Part shown: one piece after another, positions 54,914 to 64,000 of the stretch
How the letters are laid out: the number at the start of each line of letters is the position of its first letter
Numbering within the stretch: position 1 is the first letter of the stretch
From: Azolla caroliniana
Taxonomy: Eukaryota > Plantae > Polypodiophyta
Assembly: GCA_043228905.1 (NCBI GenBank)
Contig: JBHGNT010000001.1
Coordinates: forward strand, 25,234,001 to 25,298,000
Direction: 5' to 3'
Length of the DNA: 64,000 bases
Program-made: the position numbers and the translations under genes
Notes under the pieces: model-generated
The model's database searches: none
Told to the model about the DNA's origin: nothing
The model's input: only the letters and a program-made list of their open reading frames with translations

Positions 54914-57870
54914 TTATTTAAGCCTTCTTCCCCCTGTTGCTTCCTTCCAGACTTCCAAAACATGTTGCACAATTTCTGGCACTCCAACACCATGTTTCAC
55001 CTGCAACAAAAGTAAATGGTTTGAACCATGAAAGAATCACAATAATAATGGTACAATATATTTCATACAATAGCCTCCCAGATCTCTCACATCATACCAT
55101 CTGACTTGCAATCAATGTTTTGGGAAAGGTACCCCCTCCACCAAAACAGCCATTTAAATATTTGAGCTTGCCAATTGTAGTAATGAACGGAAGAACATAA
55201 ATATATAAAAAATGCTTTACATGTTCAGAAGTGTTGAGCTCAATAATTTATTCTTTTTATAATGATCTACAAACATCATTCCATTAAAACCTTTGGGATT
55301 TCCTCTTCTTAATCCATATATAAGACATATCATTGATGCAAGTCATGAGAAGAGATGATTGGCACAATAATAGAATCTCTTACAACCAAATAGAATAGGG
55401 CATATTAGAGAAAACAAACAGAGATTTCTAAGTCATGACATGATGTATTGCCCTTTAGTAAGTAACAAACTAGCGAAGCAGAAGGATATGTAGCCTGTCT
55501 TAATATACAAACAAAACATGAAAACAATATCATATGTTTTAGAGAAAATTTAACGTGAGCATCTATTGACCTACCTGAGCAAACACAAAAGGTCCCCCAT
55601 CTCGCATTTTGAGAGCATCTTGTTCCATGACTTTCAAATTAGCACCCACCGCCTCTGCCAAATCAGTCTTGTTAATCACCTGCCATCAGATGCATATAGA
55701 TATACATATCTATTCAGATAGGGAAGGATGGATGTGTATAAACCCGATAAGGGCTCAACCACATGTGGCCTAAACAAATAATGTGAAAATTGCAACCCCC
55801 CCCTTGCCCCCCAATATTTGAATAAAAAATCTCACAAGAAGGTCAGCTTGAGTGATGCCGGGACCTCCTTTCCTTGGGATCTTATCACCTCCCGCAACAT
55901 CGATAATGTAGATGATGTAGTCTGCCAGCTCTCTGCTGAAATTCGCAGCAAGATTGTCTGTGGACATTCCAATAAAAAGGATTCAGAATTACCACTTCAT
56001 ATCTAAGAAGAAACACATCTAAAATCAGAAGTTTTACAGGCTAAGGTTTCTACTCTTTCACAAATGACACCCTCTGCTGGAATTCTTCCTATGAAATCTC
56101 CAGGAGGACATCTAAGAGCAAAATGTCTTACATCTGGAATCCAAACACGCTTTGAGATTCCAATGTACAGCCAAAGTAAAAGAGTGTTTATTGATGTCAG
56201 TTGTGTAAATCGCACACGTACCAATGAATGAAAGCACTCATCTATGTGTGGCTTTCAAGGACTACATTAAATGTTCTTGAAAAGAAGAGAAAAATGAAAT
56301 CTGTAAATTCGGGCTTTACCTCCTCCTGACTCGCATAGTAAAATATCTGTTGAGAACTTCCTTGAAAGTTCTTCCAATGGACCGAGGTTGATACTAATAT
56401 CTTCTCGAATTGCAGCATGAGGGCAACCACCTGTTTCAACTGCTGTTATTCTTTCTGGTGCAAGAGCACCATGTTTCACCAGAAATTCACCATCTTCTCG
56501 GGTAAAAATATCATTCGTTACCTGCAATAAGATGGAAAGTGTATGATTAGTATGATATCAAAAGAATAATCTCATTAATTAAGTCCATAATATCTATAAT
56601 TTAAGCCCGTGAAACTTTCTTTATTATTAGCCTTAATTATTGCTTGCATTGAGAAAAATGATGTCACGCGTGAAACATTGATTGCTGTAAGTGTATGTCA
56701 TTAAAAATTGACAACCAAAACTGAGTTGGGTTCAGTGGAGCAGCATAGCATTATGCCATAAATTTCCAAATCCTCACAACTACCTATGAAAGAAAGAGGC
56801 TTGGCTTCATGCCTATTACTACCCTCACAAATGAACAAAACACTGGGTCATCCAAAAGGTTACAAAAGACCAAAATATGCGACAGGGTAGTTGCTCCCCT
56901 TTTCCTCACAGTGGTTCATAATCTTGCCATCATGAACAGTTGGCCATCAATACATGAATTCAAGTATACACCTATGTATGATATATTATTGTGTATAGAT
57001 ATGTATGCATGTAAATACATACATACATATACACACGCACTCAAGATAAATAGCTATATTCATAAGCATAAAATAGACGTTAGAGAAAGCTTATTTCCAC
57101 GGGAAAAAAATACTGATTTGAAATGAATTGGTTGCATGAGCAAACTCACCGCTGCAATGCTATAGTTGTCACGCAGTACTGTGCACAATGCAAGCATAAG
57201 AGCTGTTTTCCTGCACAAGGATTTTATACATAAAATCAGGCTCAGGTTTTTTTTCTATGCACAAAGGAATGACAACATTTTCTTAGGGAAACAAAAACAA
57301 AATAACGATAAAAATCGATTAAAATGATATTTACCCACTTCCAACAGGACCACCGATGCCAACAGTAAATGAGCGCTCATTGAAATCTCGATTCGAAAGC
57401 CGTTGAGCCCTTCTTGTGAAATAACCTGGAGAATCTAAGGGTTCATGAGTGTGTGGAGCCAACCCATCATGCGAATGATAGAGCTTTCCATCTTTACCAG
57501 ACCAATACCCACCATCACCATCAACATCAACATCACCAGTGCCTTGGCCGCTGACAAGAAGCAATTCGGAATAATTAGAAGAAGCACTTAAAAAGAGAGA
57601 TTATTAACAGTTCGAAATCCTTAAAATAAGAAGAGGCTCTATCAAGTTCATGGATCAAGACCCTCTTTTTTGCACAAAAAAAGAAAGAAAGAAAGAAAAA
57701 ACAGAGCATACATACGTGTGGTCATGATGGTCTCCATGGTGATGGTGGTGATGGTCTCCGTGGTCATGGTCTCCATGATGATGGTGGTCATGGTCTTCAT
57801 GGTCATGGTCATGGTGGTCATGGTCTCCATGGATATGATCAGAGATTAGTGCTTCATCACTACTTGCCAT
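54914..57870 (-). CDS. ureG: Urease accessory protein G; 7 exons 57870-57716, 57550-57335, 57210-57150, 56521-56320, 55957-55836, 55679-55575, 55000-54914
   Basis: His-rich N-terminus, [15 protein letters not shown]-loop [45 protein letters not shown]; GT-AG introns in phase. Confidence 0.97.
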
Positions 57871-60837
57871 CTCCCTCTCACGAGACAAAACGAATAAAAA
57901 TCTCGGACACACAAATGTATAAGTATCTGTGTATGTATGTTAATATATTATGCATCTATGTATGTATGTATGTATGTATGTATGTATGTATTGTGTGTGT
58001 GAATGCATGCATGTATGTATGTATGTATGTATGTATGTATGTATTGTGTGTGTGAATGCATGTATGTATGTATGTATGTATGCATTTGTATGTATGACCC
58101 TCAATTTGTTATTTTGTTTCTTGTTGCTTCACAATCTATGAAGAATTGGCAAAGAGGAATAAAATAAAGACAAGTGGCAACCTTTTCTCAAAGAAAAAAC
58201 GTGGGAACTTTGATTTCTCTCGAGGAAAAAAAGAAAAAGGCGTTAATGTTTTTAGTTCACGTTCTTTTTGGCATTTTAGATCTCTTTCCTTGCACTTGGC
58301 TTATTATAGGTTCATTTCTAGGGGTAACATAGCTATTACTTTTCGAATAAGGGATAAGGTTGTACTCATTTCGCGAGCAAGTGGATAGCAAGCTTCTCAA
58401 TTTGGGAGACAAGCTTTTCCATGTTGACAAGCTCTTAAAAGTTCTTTTTTCCTCTCCATGACTCATGGTAACTCCCCATGTCACTCCCATTGTATGGTGT
58501 GTATATTCATGGCTTAGATTCATGCTCATTCTTGTATTTTATAATATTTCAAAAAAGAAAAGGAAAATGAGGTATATGTGTTTTTTTATCTCGCAAAACA
58601 AAAGAATTTGGGGTTCTGTGAGCGAGTGCAAGGCCTGGACATGACTATTTTTCTTTTCTAGTGTTAGAAGTCACAGACTCATTTTCGTTTTTCGATTTCA
58701 CCAACGGAAAAAAGAACACTTGTGTTTGAGTTCAACCAAGTTACCAACCATAAAACCTAGCCTCAAGTTTTTTTTTTTCCAATTATTTTGAAAAAGGAAA
58801 AGAACAATTTTGCATATGGTAAGCAACTAGACTCTAGTTTTCCTAAATATATTGAAAAAGTAAAAGACAAAAAGACAAAAAAAACAAAAAACCAAACATG
58901 CGTTCAATGGAGAGCTTGAACATGGGTTTTCTTTTATCTTATTTTATATTTTTTCATTTCTTTTTTTTGAAAAGTAAAAACCAAAGGTTAATTGAAGGCG
59001 TGGATTTGATACCCTTTCTTTTGAAATAAGGAACAATCACAAGTTGGTTTCCTCCTTACGTTCATGTTCAGATTGAGTGAGAATTGTGCTCAAAGAAGTA
59101 GGAAATAAGACGTTTAAGTGAGTCCATTTGGAGTAGAACACCATTCAAGGGATGATCGTGTCTCTCCTACTAACAACATTTTGCGACCACGTCAAAGTTG
59201 CTCAAAACGTAGTAGCAAAAGGTGATGTATGTTTAATGCTTGCAACGAGGTGACTTTGGATAATCAACCTATAACATGTACATTTTCAAACAAGAAGGCC
59301 ACATTAACTCTTTGGCCCCCTCTTATGTAGCCTATGAGCCATTGCACATGTTCAATAAATTGTCCAACATATTTGAGTAAGTGGACCTTATGTACTTATG
59401 TTTGATATTGAACAACTTCCACAAGTAAAGTGTAATCTATGAGGACAACCTACAAGTCTATAGAGGAATCAAGAGAGCAAATGTAATGGGAGCTCACCCC
59501 CTAACAATGGTCCCACTTTTGTCAACCTAGAAAGTTTGACCAACAACTAGGCAACCATGCAACCAATAATAGATAGGTGTCATTGTCCACCCCGATCTCC
59601 CTCACTTTTTCCATTTTTGAAACTCATGTTACAACTTCTATAAAGGGACCCATTTTGAGCACTTGGCCATATTGCTCTCAACACTTCAATGTTGTTGGCA
59701 TCAACCTATTGAAGCATATAATGTTTAAGCTCTCCTTGGTAGAACGAACTCTTGATTGGTCACATCCCCACATTCAATACGCTTTACACAACATTACAAT
59801 GAATATTTGATTAAAAGCTTTTCTTTTAGGAGTACAACCGATTTTATGCTAACTCCCCCATGAGATTGTGCTGCAATTCCTTATTTGGTTTGAGTAATGT
59901 TAAGTATTTTCCATACTTTTTGTTACTCAACAAAGATATTGGCATCGATATGAGATATGAGAGTTTAGGAACAAAGAGAAGAGGATGAAAGATGGTTAAC
60001 TAGAGAGTTTAAAGCCTTATGGCTACACTAGTGTAAAAAGGGCCAAAACTTTGTAAAAGATAATGTAAACAATTGTAAAACTTTGTAAAAGATAATCATA
60101 ATCTTTGCAAAAATCTTTGTTTTAGGTAATGTAAGGAAATATACATTATTGTGTTATGTGTAATTGACTAACGAGTCAACCAAATCCATTAGCTAGGTAT
60201 TTTTGCATATGTACAATGTAGATTTTTGCACTTGGGTATCGATAATAAAAGAAACACTTATATTCGGATAAAATGGAATTGCATGCTAATCAAACGACTT
60301 ATGAGGACTAGTATTACTACAATAGTTGGTTTGATTTTGAGGTTACTATCCCGAAAACTCAATCGTTGATACGAGTAATGGTTTGATCAATGAAAAATCC
60401 ATCAATAACTCTTTTTGGTAAGCGAGTTGTTGAAATTGTCTTTTTGGTTAAATGATGTAATTGGAATTTCAATAGATACACAATTGTTTAATTATGATGC
60501 AAATGCATACAACGAAACTATTCAATCAATGATAATTTATAATGAAGCAAATATTCAACTACTTTTGCAATTAGTGTCCTAGTGATTGTTAGTTGTTGAA
60601 TGACTAAGTAGTTATTCAACCTCCTTGATTAGAAATAAAATTCCTAACATCTTTTGGTTCAGATAAAATATGATTTGCTTTGTTCAAGTAGCAATTATAA
60701 ACATAATTTAGGTCCGATTGAAATTCAGCCATTTCAAACAAAGTGTTTCCTTTTATATGAAGCACTTCTAGAGGATCTTGATTCGAATCTAAGGTAACAT
60801 TATAGTTTGAGTTTTAAATACCTTTTTTTGTATAAAA

Positions 60838-61211
60838 ATGTATTAGCAACCATGTTTACGAAGGTAGTGACTATCAACGCACCAGAAAGATTGGCAAATA
60901 TCTGAGTACATGAAAGAGCTAGTTATATACGTGTGATAATGCTTGAACTAAGCCGAATATCTTCTCACTTGCTATGGCTTGGACCCTTCCTTGTGGATAT
61001 CGGTGCTCAAACTCCCTTTTTCTATATATTACGAGAAAGGGAGATGATTTATGACTTATTTCAAGCTGCTATAGGTATGCAAATGATGCATAACTACTTC
61101 CGAATTGGGAGAGTAGTTGCGGATCTTCCGCATGGGTGGGTAGACAAATGTATCGACTTCTGTAAGTATTGTCTTCCAAAAATTGGTGAGTATGAGCGAC
61201 TAATAAAATAG
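60838..61211 (+). pseudogene. ndhH: Nuclear insertion of plastid DNA: internal ndhH fragment
   Basis: LATMFT...[58 protein letters not shown]...MMHNYFRIG; truncated, frameshifted, intronless. Confidence 0.9.
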
Positions 61212-62001
61212 GTTTCGTGAGTAAGGACGTTTGGTAATTGGATCAATAAACCCACGAACATTTTGAGTAAGAAAATTGAAATGCAAGATTTTATTTCTTC
61301 CACCCCTAAACTTTTTTTGCTTTTTTTATTATCTTTAGAATGATGAGGAAGAAACGGATACTCAATGTATAATGAGTAAATATGATCACTAAGGTTGAAG
61401 TGATTGAAAAAGAAAGTCACTTCAGTAGTTTCTGTTCAATCATATGGAAAGTTGTATTCGATGAGAGTCGTACATGCAGTTTGGAGAGAGGTCTTCGACT
61501 AACTAATAGATCCAAGGAAACAAAATAATATCTGAGATACCATTGGGATAAAAGAATTGAATGAAATCTGACATATTTGCAACCTCACGTTGCATCAGAG
61601 CAGTGTAGCGAACAAAAAACAGAAATATAAAATTGTGTCCAATATATCATAATCGATTAGTAAGCATGTTGGTTGATTGTGCCTCTCTTTCTCATGCTAC
61701 TCTATTGGTAAATTGTTACATTGCCAACTCTAAGGCCTTGGCGTCAAGACTCAATTATCACATTTGTTTGTTTTTTTCCTTAATTGAACAAATGATACCA
61801 CTCTCAAGTCCGTAGTTGAACCTCTTTACCTTCTTTTGATGTAATCAAAGAAGTGACATTGATGTTGGTTAGTATGTTGAACTCTTAATCCAATAACCTA
61901 CATTCAAGTCTCCATGGACTAGGAACTCTAAATTGGCCAGTAACTTGAGGTCAAGGGTCCTTACCTATAGACACCTATAGTTGTTATGAATGATCTTATA
62001 C

Positions 62002-62060
62002 TGTTCCACGGTCTAGTGGTTAGGACATTAGTAACCCAAGTGCAAGTCTTAATGGGACCT
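62002..62060 (+). pseudogene. tRNA-Gln pseudogene lacking the anticodon arm
   Basis: GTTCCACGGTCTAGTGGTTAGGACATT-AGTAACCCAAGTGCAAGTCTTAATGGGACCT aligns with recalled plant nuclear tRNA-Gln (GGTTCCATGGTCTAGCGGTTAGGACATTggactctgaatccAGTAACCCGAGTTCAAATCTCGGTGGAACCT). Confidence 0.65.
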
Positions 62061-62152
62061 CTTTGAATAGTTATTGTATGTTTGAGCATTAATCCAATGT
62101 GGAGGTGACAAATAAATATTGCTCAATATTTTACACACAGATCTAGTACTCA

Positions 62153-62437
62153 TGTTGAGAATCAAACTCAACTTCCCTAGTGTGGGAACACACATTAGGA
62201 ATACCCAAGTGTGTGAACATCCCACCTCCGTTGTATCATAACTAATGTGTCATAGAAGTTAAGTCCTATGTCACATATTTCATAAGTAGTTAAGACTCCA
62301 CCTCTTTCCCAAGAGGCAGTTCTAGTGAGAGAACTTAGAGAGAAGGTGACTACATAAGCACCTTCTCCTTTTCTTTGTAATTGTTGGCTATTGTTCCCCT
62401 TGGTAATACAATTTCCCCTGTTTTCTACATACGTTGT

Positions 62438-62520
<83 letters not shown>

Positions 62521-62558
62521 TCTCTTTAGTTGCACAAAATCACTCCTGATTCTTTACA
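62153..62558 (+). repeat. 5' LTR of copia element (TG...CA; contains (CT)n(CA)n)
   Basis: Termini TGTTGAGAATCA / TGATTCTTTACA (10/12 inverted match), directly followed by PBS TGGTATCAGGGC at 62559-62570 (tRNA-iMet type). Confidence 0.75.
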
Positions 62559-64000
62559 TGGTATCAGGGCGATTGGTAGCTTGATCTAAGCCCATCTTCA
62601 CATGTTGTGTATATGCCGACATTCACGAAGAATCGACCGATCGTTGTAGCAACAACTTGCACATTTCGTATCAAAGAGAAGCAGAAGAAGAAAACTTAGT
62701 AGCTCCAAACAAGTCATTTCAACATGAATACTCAGATGGGAAGCGCTCTTCCTATCGAGAAACTCAATAGAAACAACTTCGCATCTTGGGAGTACAAGAT
62801 GCACCAATACCTTGTCGGTCAAGGCTATTGGAGCTATGTCGAGGGAGCACAAGAAAATCAACCCAACCCGGCACATGCCGACCACCCAGCTTGGGAGCAA
62901 GCGGCGAGTCGTGTGTTGCATTGCCTTGCATCATGCGTTCATGATCACATACTCGACTACATTCATGAGGCCAAAACGCCAAAAGAGGCGTGGGAGAACC
63001 TCAAAAAGATATTGACGGCCAACATAATCGCACGAAAGCTTGAACTCCGCCAAGAGTTGAACAACACACAACAAAGGGATATGTCAATCGACAGCTACAC
63101 CTTGAAGATCAAGGAGTTGGGTGACTCCCTCAGGTCAATCAATGTCAACATTGATGACGACGAAATGGTGCAGATATGACTCGGAGGCCTAGCACTTCGA
63201 TTCGGCATCATACGGTCATCTGTCCTTGTGAGGGAGAATCCTCCCTCCTTCGGTCTCCATTCGATGTTATTGGTCGAAGAAAACCACTTCAGAACAAGAG
63301 GCAACAAATCAGACGGACAAATGCTCTACGCGAGTTTGGACGGAGAAAGAGTGCAAGACCATGGAAGAAGGGGCCAATCAGGCCAAGGCCAAAACAACCA
63401 AAGGCAGTCCCATGAACACAACTTCTTCTACCGGCAAAATGCTGCAAACGCGCAAGGCAAAGCATCTAGTAGAAGGGGGAGCAATCATGCCGGACCTAGC
63501 TGTCAAAACAACTTTGCCCAATGTGGATACTGTGGCAAATTTGGCCACTAGGAGGTAGAGTGTTGAAGGAAGAACAATGAGTCGGCCTCCACAAGTCGAC
63601 AACTCACCAACTACACCTCAAAGTCTGATTACGAAGATCGTGGCGGAATGTTTGTAATGAGGCACAGAGCAAACTCAATGTCAGCCTCCAACTTGACCAA
63701 CACTTCCAACTCAGAAGATGCATGGTTTGTCGACTCAGGTGCATCCAATCACATGAAGTCTCTTAAAGATTGGTTCTGAGAGCTACGAAACCCCGAACAA
63801 CCCGACTATGTGGAAAGTAGGGATGACACAATTCACCCCATTAAACATGTTGGTAATGTCCCATTCGACGAAGAGACGTACATCAAGAACGTCTTGCATG
63901 TTCCGACAATAACGAAGAATCTGGTCTCTGTCGGCCAGATTGTGGAATAGGGCATGCAAGTTTGGTTCAACGACGGAGGATGCTTCATAGAAAAGGAAGG
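62153..64000 (+). mobile_element. Ty1/copia LTR retrotransposon, degenerate, runs off the window (gag from 62724, zinc knuckle, protease)
   Basis: EKLNRNNFASWEYKM..YL..QGYW, AKTPKEAW, CGYCGKFGH, WFVDSGASNHM, VLHVPTITKNLVSVGQ; several in-frame stops. Confidence 0.92.

Overview
Land-plant nuclear DNA; a fern-like non-seed plant is my inference, not something the sequence proves. Five spliced genes can be built with GT-AG exons: a pectin methylesterase, a PLAC8 protein, a WEB/DUF827 protein, RETICULATA-RELATED 5/6 and ureG. There is also a GC-rich single-exon orphan ORF, one U1 and two U2 snRNA genes plus a truncated U1, a plastid ndhH insertion, a tRNA-Gln pseudogene and many retroelements. Two things stand out. 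(1) All three snRNA promoters have a 22-bp USE-TATA spacing, the short geometry that specifies Pol III in flowering plants, and the U2 Sm site has its U-run interrupted. (2) A ~10.9-kb head-to-head fusion of a near full-length L1 LINE and a near full-length RTEX-like LINE sits in the (CT)n tail of an older RTEX copy. A local tandem duplication preserves the empty site, and the RTEX 3' ends share a covarying hairpin plus a (CT)n tail. All calls are from reading the sequence by eye; no searches were run.
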